Made by a program: the position numbers and the translations under genes
Assembly: GCA_020184695.1 (NCBI GenBank)
Contig: JAANOX010000070.1
Span: 248,001 to 312,000 of the forward strand
Direction: 5' to 3'
DNA: 64,000 nucleotides
DNA from: Histomonas meleagridis 2922-C6/04-290x
Taxonomy: Eukaryota; Protista; Parabasalia
The notes under the pieces: generated by a model
What the model was told of the DNA's origin: nothing
Databases searched by the model: none
Seen by the model: the letters and a program-made list of their open reading frames with translations, nothing else
Part shown: positions 40,663 to 52,742 of the stretch, piece by piece
Layout of the letters: each line of letters starts with the position of its first letter
Position numbering within the stretch: the stretch's first letter is position 1

Positions 40663-40712
40663 ATTGAAAAAGTTGTTACACAAAATTATTATCAAAAAGT
40701 TTTCTGAGAATT
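40663..40712 (-). repeat. Right 50-bp inverted repeat
   Basis: attgaaaaagttgttacacaaaattattatcaaaaagttttctgagaatt. Confidence 0.97.
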
Positions 40713-41455
40713 TGAATTTGTGGTTTAACTTCCCCAATTTTTTGCTTCAGTTTTTGAATATAAATCCGATGATTTTTCATTCATTTGATTCTATCGTTGG
40801 AAATCTGCATTGAGTTAATTAAAAATATCCTTATTCTAAAATGTACACCCTTTTTTCCCCTCCAATATTATTTTATTTTTATTCTTTCAACAGATATGTG
40901 AATTTAAATATATTATGATGTTTTATTTATTATTAATAAATCTTTTATTCTCTTTCTTTTTCAGCATATTATTTATAAAATTTTTAATTAAAAGCATTCA
41001 CCAGAATATGAAACTCAAAAAATGTGAAGAAATTCTAAAAATCAATAATTTATATGATTTTGTTAGCTTCTCAATAATTTTTTCATCAAAATCTTACGTT
41101 TTGCTCCATCTATTTTTTATCTAACAAATTTAATTACAGCAAAATGACATCTAAATTATTTTTTTGCTACTAAAATTGACAAGGTTTGTCTGTAGCAAAA
41201 AACAATTGCCCATTTTCCTCCGATAATTGAATCAGATGGAATTTATTGACTCTTTAACATATAATTATAAATCTATAATAAAAAATAATGAATTATTTTT
41301 TAACTAGTTCTTCTTTCTTTAGCTTTAAAACATTAAAATATGGAGAACATATATATATGTAAAGAATGCAAATATTGTTTCATTGTAAGTTATCGATTTC
41401 TTTACCAAATTTAATTCAAAAAATGATATTATCGAAAACAAACATTTATAATAAT

Positions 41456-43951
41456 CTAATTTTTACTAACAAAAGAATAAGAATTTTGTACTTGATTTTG
41501 ACCGTTTAGTCTTTCCTCCAGTTTTTGAGCGTATTTGATCGTCGCCTTCAGAATCAGGAACGGCGTTATGTAGTCGCTCAGACTGAGTCTTTTCATCAAG
41601 TTCAAAGTATTTTTATATTCGCTCATATACGACAATGCTATCACGCAAGGGTAAGCATCAGATCCGAACTCCTTAATCTTCTCGATAAATTTTGGTATCA
41701 CGATATCGTAATCAGTATTATATTTAATTGTCACAAACTTCACCAAAGCTTTAGCGGCATAATTAATTGCGTTAACATTATCGATATGTTTAATTCTTTC
41801 ACAAATCATTGATATAATTCCATTATCTTCAAATTTTTGTGATACTTTTGAATTAATTGAATAATTGGAAATCAAAGAACAAACGACAGCAAATGAATGT
41901 AAGTCACCGAACTTCAAAATCGATGCCAAAAAGTTAGGTACGAATTGATTATTCAAGAAAATATTTGAATCGATTTTGAGCAGCAGAATAAACAATTGAA
42001 AAATATCGGTTGCCATATCGTTAGAGACCGTTAATATCATATTTTGAATTTTTTCATTTAGAAACACACCGAAATATTGTTGTTTTGAAGCGAAGTAAAA
42101 CAACAACAAAGCAGCGTTTTGACTTCTTGATTTTTCGAATATTTTAATAAATATGATAATTACTTTCATTACTATATCTAAATTCGCCAAAATATTAGAG
42201 TTCAAAAATATTCTTCTAAAGTATTCTATTGATATTTCTCTTAAAGGACAATACTCTGATTGACAATGCTTTAAGCAGTCGTCGAAGTTAATGATGGACA
42301 AGTCAGACAAATACAGAACCACTTGATAAGCAGCCGTAATATTTTGTGGCTGTGTCGAGTTAAAATATTTTTGTGTCAATTGTAACATTGACTTATTATT
42401 CACTTTAATTAGTTCCATATTTAACGCAATTGTTTTTAATATGAATGATCCGTAAACATTATTAAATGAATTTGATGAAATCTTATAAAAGAACTTAACA
42501 ATCGTTTTCCGATATTTAACTTCGGTTGTGTTCTCTAAGATTTTACACATTAATCGAATCGCTTTATCGATATCATTCACTTTACTATTCTCCTCATCGA
42601 CCACAATATTTTTCAAGTTACGTATCATTTTCGAAGATATCAAAGAAGATGAAAAACAAATAATATACAAATATAATTCCAGCGTTCCTTGGTGGATATA
42701 ATTCTCGATCTTATGCGCAGGCGTTAAGAAGTCGAGCATCTTCTGGTTACGTGCGCCCATGATAAGTAATTTTAAGACTCGGCTATGCACATGATCTGCT
42801 TCAACTAAAACTGGTAACAATAACTCCCAAAAATGCGGACCCATTAAGCGGCGAATCTTCGGATCACTTTCGATACAATGTAACGCAACTTTGAACTCTT
42901 TCTTATGTGGATTACGTAACGCATTGACGATCTCCGCAACTTCCATACGTGTGTCGAATGTTCGATCGCGGCGGCCACTCGCTATCTGTGACTTCGGCTT
43001 ATTATGTGGCTCGCTCGCAGCAAAGACAAACGTGGAGTTAGTTTGCGTACGTCCGCCATAAGACGCAAAGAAGTTAGAGACGGCGCTACTGATAGTACCC
43101 GGAAATTGGATGTTCCCGGAGGATAACTCTAAGTGGATCCACTTAAAAGTAGGGCGCTCTTCTGGCGTTTGTGACCAGCACTTACGAATAAGAAACTCTA
43201 AAAGTTTAGGTGTGTTTTTCGGAATTGGTGGTCGCTCGCCTTTCATTGAGACGGAGTAGATAAGTTGTATGGGGTCAATGTTCTCAAATGGAACTTGCCG
43301 CGTGAGCATTTCCCATAACATTATACCGAACGCATAGACATCAACAGACTCATTAAAGTTTTGTTGACGATGCTGCTCAGGTGACATAATGGAGGCAGTG
43401 CCAAAGCCTTGGTTAAGTTTTGAGTCGGAATCAAGAATTGTTGAGATGCCAAAATCACATATCTTAGGTTGATATCGAGAATCTAATAAAATGTTAAGAG
43501 ACTTAAGATCGCGATGTACAATGCGTTTGGAATGCATATATGACATGGCTGATGAAATACCTGTGGCAATTATTGTTAAATCAGTTGGAGATAATCGGAC
43601 TTTGGAATCACTAGAATGAAGGGCATCATGAAGTGTGCCATTGGGAACATATTCAGTAACAATACAAAAGGGCTTTTCATCAGTATAACCAATAAAATTT
43701 GTGATGAATTTATGATGTAAAGATGAATGAATATTGATCTCGTTGAGAATCTCAGGTGTAAGTTCTGTGGAAAATAGCTTCTTGATGGCGACTTTTTGAC
43801 CTGTTGGTAAATAAATACCTAACCATACTTGGGCAAAACCACCAGTTGCAATGTTTTTTTCAAGACGGATTTCGGAGTGACGTATTACAGTGGGTTTTTT
43901 GGGTATGAATAAATCGGGAGAATAAACTGCCGAACGATTTGACAGTTTCAT
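41456..43951 (-). CDS. TKL-family protein kinase with C-terminal ARM/HEAT-like region
   Basis: VAIKK, IVTEY, IVHRDLKSLNILL, ICDFG, MSPE, DVYAFG, WEMLT..VPF. First ATG at 43951. Confidence 0.9.
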   Translation of the reverse strand: MKLSNRSAVYSPDLFIPKKPTVIRHSEIRLEKNIATGGFAQVWLGIYLPTGQKVAIKKLFSTELTPEILNEINIHSSLHHKFITNFIGYTDEKPFCIVTEYVPNGTLHDALHSSDSKVRLSPTDLTIIATGISSAMSYMHSKRIVHRDLKSLNILLDSRYQPKICDFGISTILDSDSKLNQGFGTASIMSPEQHRQQNFNESVDVYAFGIMLWEMLTRQVPFENIDPIQLIYSVSMKGERPPIPKNTPKLLEFLIRKCWSQTPEERPTFKWIHLELSSGNIQFPGTISSAVSNFFASYGGRTQTNSTFVFAASEPHNKPKSQIASGRRDRTFDTRMEVAEIVNALRNPHKKEFKVALHCIESDPKIRRLMGPHFWELLLPVLVEADHVHSRVLKLLIMGARNQKMLDFLTPAHKIENYIHQGTLELYLYIICFSSSLISSKMIRNLKNIVVDEENSKVNDIDKAIRLMCKILENTTEVKYRKTIVKFFYKISSNSFNNVYGSFILKTIALNMELIKVNNKSMLQLTQKYFNSTQPQNITAAYQVVLYLSDLSIINFDDCLKHCQSEYCPLREISIEYFRRIFLNSNILANLDIVMKVIIIFIKIFEKSRSQNAALLLFYFASKQQYFGVFLNEKIQNMILTVSNDMATDIFQLFILLLKIDSNIFLNNQFVPNFLASILKFGDLHSFAVVCSLISNYSINSKVSQKFEDNGIISMICERIKHIDNVNAINYAAKALVKFVTIKYNTDYDIVIPKFIEKIKEFGSDAYPCVIALSYMSEYKNTLNLMKRLSLSDYITPFLILKATIKYAQKLEERLNGQNQVQNSYSFVSKN

Positions 43952-44580
43952 TTTGCCAAAGTTGGAATTGTTGCCACTTTTTAAAATCAAAAGCCGCTTT
44001 AAAAGGAGGTTTGACCAAATATAAATTGAATGCTTATTTAATAAAAAATAAAAATATCTTCAAATATCTAATATTTTAATCTATCAAAACATATAGAGAC
44101 TTATTAAAATCAAAATTTTTAATTTTATTCACTAAATTATTATTGTTTTGTTATTATGTCATATTTAATGAAAACGCATCTATGATGATTTAATAAAATA
44201 GTACAGCATTTTTCACCGAAATGTGATTTGTTGATGAAAAAAAGCATTATTTTTTTGATGACATTATTGATCATTCATAATTGTTTGAAAAAAATATGTA
44301 ATTTGATTTGACTGAAAGAAATAATTTCGATATTGATAATGAGTATAACAATAAAAATTGCTTGTATTTGTTTTTTTGATATCAAATATTATTTCATTTG
44401 TTGTTTTTAATCCTTTTTCCGATTATTTAAAAATTCTGTGAATTATCGATTTTACAGTCCAGAATTTTCTTACAAATATCGGCTTAAACAAAAGTGCGCA
44501 ATTTATAAATTTAAACGTGCTTGAAATCACGAACGTTATTTAAACGGTCGGAATGCTATTTGGCCAGATTATTAAAATTT

Positions 44581-46365
44581 ATGTTTTTTCTGTTTCATCT
44601 AGTATATTCATATCATCGTATCATACCCAGTTTTTATGTATTCTCTAAAAATAATAAAATTCATAATTATTTTGATTTCAATGAATTAAATGAAGAATTA
44701 TCTTGTATCAAAAATATAAGCTTTGAGAACCCAAAAGAATCAGAATCATGTATTGAAAAAATAAACAGTTTAACAGATAACGGAGATGCTCAATTTATTC
44801 TTGGAACTATCAATGAATTCGGTCTTTTTGGCTTCGAAATGAATGATACTATTGCACGAGAATACTATGAAAAAGGGTCTGAGCTTGGGAATCCAGAAGC
44901 ACAAGCTAATTTAGCATTTTTCTTAAGATATGGAATTGGAGGAGATAAGGATTTAGAACGCGCATCAGAATTAGACTCATCTGCTAGTCCTATTGTTCCA
45001 TGGTCAAAGTTATCAAAAGCTTCTTCATATCTCTATTCGACATCTCAAATGAGTTGTGATACTTCATTCAACATTCTCAAACAAGTGGCTGATTCTCTTT
45101 CAGAAGGAATGACGTTTTTTGATAAATATCGTAACACAGGTGTTCAACGTTTTCCAGATCAAGGATCACCAAATGATCGCTTTACTTTAAAAGAATCTCT
45201 TTTAGAGTTCACTAAGTCTAATGCTAAGCGTGGAGACCCCATATCTATTCTCAAATTAGGACTTCTTTACATTCAAGATCGAAATTATAAATCAGCAAAT
45301 AAATATGTCACAATGGCTGCCAACCTTGGCGTTCCTGCTTCATATGCTATAGCAGTTCTTATGGCTATGAATGACTTAACAAGTACTGTTGATCAAGAAT
45401 TATTATCTAAATATATTTACGAAGGTTTACGTGCAGGAGACACTCTTATGGCTGTAGTTACATCACAATTATTGACTAATGATAAAAACTTTAATGATTT
45501 ATCCAAGAAAAATTTTATAGCTGCAGTTGCATCGGGGCACCCCGAAGCACTTTTTCTAAAGGGTATTCAAAAATTGAATAAGGCGAAATACAACAGAAAA
45601 AAGGCTAAAGAAGCTTATGAGTTATTTAAGCGGAGTTATAGAATAGGGAATATATTAGCATTATATGAAATGGCTATTGTTATGCATCGTTATTTATCTG
45701 ATGAGATATCATGTTCAGAATCGTTTTCAACATTACTTCGCTTTTGCGAAAACACAATTATCTTTGAAGATGAGGCAATAGCATGGAATGCCTTTGTCAA
45801 CAAAGATTACGAATATGCTTACCGAATATATCAAAGACTTTCTGATATGGGATCAGAAAATGCAACATACAACGCCGAGAAAATCGCAGCGCTGATGGGC
45901 CGCGAGGACGAAAGGCGCGAACTATTTGATAAACAAGTAAAAATGAATTCTGCCAATGCATTAACTCGTCTTGGCGAAGAGGTATATTCCGCCGGACAGG
46001 TTAACGAGGCCTTATATCTATGGGAGAAGGCTTCGTTTCGCTATGCCAAATCCAACTTTTTGCGGGCAATGGAAATCAGAAATAATGACATGGTAAAAGC
46101 GGCCGAACTTCTGAAAGAAACCGCTTCCCAAAACAAAAACGCAAAGATTCCGGTGGAAATAGCCAAAGTTATGATGTTTTTTGAGGCATTACCGAAAACT
46201 ATTATATCGATTTCAAGAAATGATTTTGACAATCATTGCGTGAAATTCGTTGTTAATACGCTCAAGGAAAATGCTATGAATATTGTATTTGTGGTCTTGA
46301 CGATATGTTTATACGCATTAGTTGCAATGAGAGTGAAAACATTCTTTAGAGTCACTACGGATTAA
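44581..46365 (+). CDS. Sel1-repeat membrane protein (SEL1L/Hrd3-like)
   Basis: Signal peptide MFFLFHLVYS, Sel1 repeats (DAQFILG...EYYEKGSELGNPEAQANLAFFLRYGIG) and a C-terminal TM. ATG at 44581. Confidence 0.8.
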   Translation: MFFLFHLVYSYHRIIPSFYVFSKNNKIHNYFDFNELNEELSCIKNISFENPKESESCIEKINSLTDNGDAQFILGTINEFGLFGFEMNDTIAREYYEKGSELGNPEAQANLAFFLRYGIGGDKDLERASELDSSASPIVPWSKLSKASSYLYSTSQMSCDTSFNILKQVADSLSEGMTFFDKYRNTGVQRFPDQGSPNDRFTLKESLLEFTKSNAKRGDPISILKLGLLYIQDRNYKSANKYVTMAANLGVPASYAIAVLMAMNDLTSTVDQELLSKYIYEGLRAGDTLMAVVTSQLLTNDKNFNDLSKKNFIAAVASGHPEALFLKGIQKLNKAKYNRKKAKEAYELFKRSYRIGNILALYEMAIVMHRYLSDEISCSESFSTLLRFCENTIIFEDEAIAWNAFVNKDYEYAYRIYQRLSDMGSENATYNAEKIAALMGREDERRELFDKQVKMNSANALTRLGEEVYSAGQVNEALYLWEKASFRYAKSNFLRAMEIRNNDMVKAAELLKETASQNKNAKIPVEIAKVMMFFEALPKTIISISRNDFDNHCVKFVVNTLKENAMNIVFVVLTICLYALVAMRVKTFFRVTTD

Positions 46366-46914
46366 ATTAATAAATTGTTTGTTTTATAAATGATTTAAAA
46401 TACTATTTTAAATTATATGAATGAATATATTGTTAAAGTAAAAAAAAATGAATTTTAATTGGTTTTTTTATATCCTAAAAATTAATTTTAAGAAGTCATT
46501 GAATAGAGTGATTTAAAAGTATTTATTGGACGAGTTCTTTTAGTAAGCGTATCATAATTCGATTTAAACAAGGATTTTTTCAGCTATAAAGTTGTTGACT
46601 ATTTTTGATCGTTTTTATTCATCAGATCTGTCAACTGAAAAAGTAGGCCAGATTGAGAATAAGGAACGGATTGAATGGTTGTAAAATAATATTTTGAAAG
46701 ACTTAAACCGTTGTCACAAAAAGTATTATGAATCTTATTTCTTGGTGGAAAGTGGGCATTTTTTAAAAAATCAATGTGTGTTGTCAATAAATTTTTTAGA
46801 ATTTATTTAAATAAAACAATAAAACACAAAATTGAAAGAATATATGTGTTATTGTAAATTTTAAAATTTTCTTTAAATTCATACATCGACTTCAGAGAAA
46901 TTGCTTCATTAACA

Positions 46915-49321
46915 ATGTTAGTTTTACAATTATTTCTATCATTTTTGGTATTAAAACACTCCAAGCTTCAGTATGATTTATATATTCCAGAAGTAAATAT
47001 GATTAAAAGAAATGATATTTATTACAACGAAAGAATCTCAAAAAACAATTTCATAAATAATGCAGATAAAATGCACTATATCTTCTCTCGATATAAAGCT
47101 TATCATGAAAACTTAACAAACAAAATATGTGATCGTTTTTTCAATAGAAAATTAGTAAATGATCATAATTTACAGGTAGAACAATTTGTTTTGACAAGTA
47201 ATCAGATTTCTTTTCCTCAATTACAACAAACATGTCCTCCATTTTCAGAAAATAAATACTTTTTCGTCATCGTTAAAATAATGTTGGTTTTTATCATTTA
47301 TAAAATTTTATCAAGACAAAGATGGAATTATTCATTTAATATTATTGACGATAATAAAAATAAATTAAATAATTCATTTTCAAATTTTATATTTATATAT
47401 AATTTATTTTCTACTTCATTAGAACTTGAATCTTTATATATTAAAGATACAACAGATTTTTATACAAATCGAAAAAATAGTGCCAATATTGTAATAATCA
47501 CCGGGTCAGTCACAGAAATACCAGAAAAAATTTTTATGTACTGTCCAGTAATGAGTGTTGAGATCAAATCTTCTGTCACTACGATAGGAAATAATGCTTT
47601 TTCATTATGTAGAAATTTGATTGTTGTTCAACTGAATGCAGGACTAAAAAGCATTGGAAACGGTGCATTTTCACACTGTACCAATTTAAAGTCAATCACA
47701 ATTCCAAGTTCAGTGACGTCACTTGGACAAAGTATTTTTTCTTATAGTGGACTTGAAAATATAAAAATTGAAGAAGGTGTAAATATGATTTCATATTTTA
47801 TGTTCGATAGTTGTGATATTACAAATATAAATATTCCTAATTCTATTACATTAATAGAAGATAATCCTTTTGTCAGGTGCCAGAGTCTTCAGACAATTAC
47901 AGTATCTAATGACAATTCGCACTTTTCTAATTATAATGGCGATGGAGTTCTTTATGATAAAGGAATCACGAGACTTATTAGTTATCCAATTGGTAACACA
48001 AGAAGTGAATATGTAGTTCCAAACTCAGTAACAAAAATTGAACATGCAACATTCCATTTCACAAGTTTAACATCAATTATAATTGGTGAAGGAGTAAAGA
48101 CAATTGGACCTTCCGCATTTGATAATTTGAAAAAAATTACAAATATAATAATCCCAAATTCAGTTAATGTTCTTCAATCGAGAGCTTTTACAACTTGCTA
48201 CAAATTAACTACAATTAGAATTGGTGCAAATGTTCAATCAATTGAAAGTGGTGTATTTGAAGATTGCACTGATCTTAAATGTATTTATTTTTATGGAGAA
48301 AGTCGTCCTTCATTTGGCGATAATGTTTTTAATAATGTTCCGTCAGTTTCTGTTATGACATATAACACATATCAAAGCGATGATTTCGGAGGACTTCCTG
48401 TTTTGAAAGGAATTCCATATAACGATTGTCCTTTCATACCAACATATATATTCACACCAACTAATACATATCCATTTACACCATCTAATGGTTTTACCTC
48501 TTCAAATATATTTACTCCATCTAATGGTTTTACTCATTCTAATACATTTACTGCTTCAAATACATTCACTCAATCAAACACATTTTCAGATACATTCACA
48601 CAGTCAAATTTATTCACGCAATCGAACACATTTACAGAATCAAATTCGTTTACACAATCAAATACATTTACAAATACATTCACAAAGACAAATATATTCA
48701 CGCAATCAAACACATTTACACAATCGAATACATTGTCGAATACATTTACATTATCAAACTCATTTTCACAATCATACACATTCACATCATCAAATTCTTT
48801 CACTCAATCTGATTCATATACAAAATCAAACTCATTTTCAAATGCAATTACTCAAACATTTCAAATGCCTGTTACACATTCCCATACTTTTGTTCTTACA
48901 TATTCATTGCTTATTACTGAGACGATAATTAGCAAATTGCATATTATAAATACAGTTTCATATATAAAAATTGGATCAGGTTTTGATTATATTACCACTG
49001 ATATTGTTTATTATGATTATGAATTGCATCAATATTCAACTTATTATATTTATTATTCTGATTTCTATACACTCATCCAACAAAATACATATGAAAACTC
49101 AAAAATTTCAAAAAATGCTTTGATCGGAATTGTTTGTGGTTCGGTTGCAATTGTTCTTTGGAATTGGAATTTTTATGTATCGTAAAAGTAAAACAAATGC
49201 TTCATCAAAATCTGTCGATGTGAATAAAGATTCGCTAACAGGCGTACAAGAAAATCAAGAAACTATCATAAAGGAAATAAATCAGTATGCAATGAATGAA
49301 GATGATAAATGGCTGTTTTAG
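46915..49321 (+). pseudogene. BspA-like surface protein with a frameshift inside the TM segment
   Basis: About 12 TpLRR units (SITIPSSVTSLGQSIF, IIIPNSVNVLQSRAF) and TQSNTF repeats. ALIGIVCGSVAIVL is followed by a premature stop at 49183-49185. The rest of the TM and tail (GIGIFMYRK...NEDDKWLF) is in another frame ending at 49321. Confidence 0.83.
48478..48843 (+). repeat. Degenerate 18-nt coding tandem repeat (T-Q-S-N-T-F)n
   Basis: Recurrent caatcaaatacattcaca-like units. Related arrays lie at ~23300-23420 and ~26030-26135. Confidence 0.85.
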
Positions 49322-49421
49322 TTCGAGAAAAATAAATAAATGTCATTTTACAATAAAATTTTCAAATTCAAATCACTTCTTTTTGGAAAATGAAATTGGT
49401 AAGACATTCCTGTAATGGAAT

Positions 49422-49470
49422 TACACGCATGGTGTAGTGTGCCAATGGGCAGAGCCACACTGCGCGTGTA
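49422..49470 (+). other. GC-rich stem-loop, candidate structured RNA or 3'-UTR element
   Basis: tacacgc pairs with gcgtgta, and gtagtgtg pairs with cacactgc (one G-U), within otherwise very AT-rich intergenic DNA. Confidence 0.35.
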
Positions 49471-50351
49471 CTCCGAGAATTTCGATAGAATATAAAAATT
49501 TTTAATTGCATCTGACAAAATATTATTAGAATCACATATTTTAACCTTTAAAATGTAAACAAGAATTAAAAACATTTGGTTCAGAAATTAAAGAGGTTGA
49601 GCTGGGGCCTCCGACTCAATAATCTTTTTGTTAATATTATAAAGAAAATACTACACAAATTTAAAATAGAAATAAATAAACACGCATTGTAAACAAAAAA
49701 AAAGATTTCAAGATAATAGTTTCGTTAACAAGATGTTAAAACATATATTTATATTCGTCATATTCTAATCATTAACGTTAATGATAATATATAGAATCAA
49801 GTTGTTGACATAATTTATCAATGATATCACCAGAAAATAAGGCAAATGCGAAGCATTATTTAGATTGTTATATGTTAAAGGGATATTTTGAATTTTGCTG
49901 ATAAAATAAATCAAAAAATTATTTTTAATAACAAATTTAATTAAACAATTAATTGTAGACAATGATTATATTTTATGATGATAATTTTTAATATTGATTG
50001 GTTTTTCAAAATGGAATATAGTAGTTGTAATTTTATTAGACTTATATATTACAAATGAAAGTTTCCTCTTATTTTATCATAACAATAATTCACTTAAGTA
50101 ATCAAGATTAGTATTATAGATTATTATAAATAAATGAAATTTTTGACATTAAAAAATATAATCAAAAATTAGAATTAACATTAAGAAACGATTTAAATAC
50201 CATATCTGTAATTTTATGTGATTGACTTTTTTGTAATAACAAAGAAATTGAAATGCAAAAATATCAAATTTAAGATTTTTTTTTTATTATGACATGAAAA
50301 TTAACTTAATTTAGAATATCAAGAAATAATTCAAAAAAAGCAATAAAGATA

Positions 50352-51369
50352 TTAATTTTCATTCATTTGAAGTGTTGTATGTGAAGTAGGTGATGCAGGA
50401 GTCGTAGATGTTGTAAATGTTGAAGATGTTTCAGTTGTTGAAGATGATGTAAGTGTTGAAGATTTTGTAAACGTTGAAGATGTTATAGATTTTGCAGGAG
50501 TTGAAGATGTTGTATGGGTAATGGGATTTGTTGGAGTTACAAAAATATTTTGGGTAGTAATATTAAATAAAGGACTTGTCTGGATTGAAGGTCTCAATCC
50601 ATCTATATTATTAAAATCAATGAATCGTTGATTTTCTGGTGTAGTATATAATTTCAAATCAACTTGAACGCTACCACTTAATACTGATGTCTAAGTTTAC
50701 CATAATATTAACCCTCTGCAGGTCAATGGACATTATCAACTGTAATTTTATTATTTCCGAAGGTAATAGTATCAAATTTTAGCTTGTAGAATTTGTTTCT
50801 TGCCATAAAGTGATTATTGTTTAATATTTCCATATTTGATGAAATAAGATTGTTTGCTGTAAATTGTCCTGATGCTGAGTCATGAATTTCAATTGCGTTA
50901 TATTTGACTCTTCCTTGGAATTTTGGTTTAACTTTATTATGAATGTAAAAAATAGGAATTGCATCAGAAAGATCAGTTGTATCAGATTTCACATTTAAAT
51001 TAAATCCATCCAAACCTATATCACCAAATTGATATATTTGATTTGAACAATTTGTTAAATCAAGATCAAATGTTGTTAAGTTGGATTGGACGAATATATA
51101 ATTATAATCACCAGCAAGTCGAGACATGTAAACAGTAGGTCCGGTAGGAAATTCATTTTTACAATCAGATGTAGCATTAGTTTCTGCCCAATCAAGGTAT
51201 TGACGAAGATGGTCATCAACTACTGAACAAGTTTCATTCTCAATTTTTTTTACATTGTAATCTTATATTGATCGATATTCATATACTTAGAAGACCCACA
51301 AGAAGCATATCCTGGCAAGATATAAGCTTTTGAAATGCTGTAGATTGTTTCTACCAAAAGAAAGAACAT
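50352..51369 (-). pseudogene. Disrupted secreted/surface protein (Cys-containing N-terminus, T/S/P-rich C-terminus)
   Basis: ATG at 51369 after an Inr, signal-like MFFLLVETIYSISKA. Frameshift near 51265, stops at ~50710-50725. Joins track ORFs 50723-51127 and 50352-50657; no TM retained. Confidence 0.62.
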
Positions 51370-51679
51370 ACAAAAAAAAAAAAATGAAATGAATTTAACA
51401 CATGATGTATCTCCATTCAAAACCCAGAGACATACATTTTCAAATTAAAGCCGCAAATGTTCGAACATTTTCAGAATGGAGAAGCGTATAATAGCACCGA
51501 AACACGGAAAAAACTTCGAATTTTATTCAAATGTCTATTTAAAATTTTTGAATTTATTGTGAATCGTGCAAAGTTTTTGATGTTCCAAAAATTCTAAGCT
51601 TTCGCACGTCCCATAATGGGACCTATCTAGATAATGTTGTGATACATAGATACATATTTAATAAAAACGTTATGTTATC

Positions 51680-52320
51680 ATTACCATATTATGATCTTCC
51701 TTTTGTTCAATATTCTAAAAAAATTCATCCCATGATAAATATCCCACTCCATCACTATGCACCAGATATTTGTCATTAGTATCCACCACAATTTTATTGT
51801 AAATATTTTTCCGATTCATAGTAAACCAGATTTCCACTAAGTCTTTGTTGAGTTGAGATAACACGAGTTATAGATATCAAGAAGCACCAATGAATCTTAT
51901 AGGAATTGACCAAGCTTTCTGATGGCGTTTAAGCTTGTCCAAAACGTTGCTATAAACGCATAGAATTGTGTGAATTATGTCTCAGGTTGAGTCTCGGGAT
52001 CAAGTGTAAACGCAAGTGCTTCTAGTGCATTTGATTCGAAGTTTTTCAACAAGTTTTGGCATTGATAATGCACTTATTTTGATCAATATGTCGAAACAAA
52101 GATAAGCAATTCACACAAAACTGAGAGACTTCGTCAGAGGAAAAGCTACAGCTAAGTTTAAAGCGAAGATTTTAGGTAATGTTCATCATATTATAAAATT
52201 TCATATACGTATCCATCGCAACATTAAGATTGTCATTCATATACTTAATAAATGATTCAACCCTATTAAGTGCGTTTACAAGAAAGAACACTTCATCGGT
52301 TTTGGAAGAAGAGTTTTTCA
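51680..52320 (-). pseudogene. Decayed coding remnant of unknown family
   Basis: Long protein-like stretches (DEVFFLVNALNRVESFIKYMNDNL...; LLKNFESNALEALAFTLDPETQP...) broken by stops, with raised GC relative to the flanks. Confidence 0.33.
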
Positions 52321-52742
52321 ATAATTAATTATAAATAAAATGGAAGAGTTACTATTTTTAAAATGATTATATGGAATTGTGTCGCATTTTTATTCCTTTG
52401 TTTCTTTCTGTTTGACTCAATTACTAGTGGTTGGATTCCAGACATTTCTGTTTATTGCTCTCCTTTCGATTTCGTTTTTATTGGCTTAAAGCCTAATTTG
52501 AGAGATCTCTGTAAATGTGGTGAATCTAAAGTTCCGATTCACACAGAAAAAGGAACAGAATCATTGAATAATATAGGCTTTTTTGGTTATGATAAATGCC
52601 TTTATAAAATCAAATACAACATGGACTCAGTTTTCGAACTGACTGTTAAAGTTCGAAAAAAAAGTTTCTATGTTCATGTGAAATGTTTAACAAAAACAAG
52701 TAAAATTATTTTAATAATTGATTTCTTTTATTTAACAGAATA

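Larger units (their letters stand above)
39853..40712. mobile_element. Tyrosine-recombinase (Crypton-like) element remnant bounded by 50-bp inverted repeats
   Basis: Perfect 50-bp inverted repeats flank a YR-coding region. A TGAATT direct repeat lies at 39851-39856 and 40713-40718. Confidence 0.72.

Noticed and set aside
46570-46684. Short frame ending ...KERIEWL* resembling the acidic-Trp tail
   Set aside because: No TM or acidic cluster in front of it; probably coincidental.
49845-49857. Second GCGAAGC mini-hairpin (aatgc-gaa-gcatt)
   Set aside because: Only a 5-bp stem with no flanking similarity to the YR element; expected by chance.
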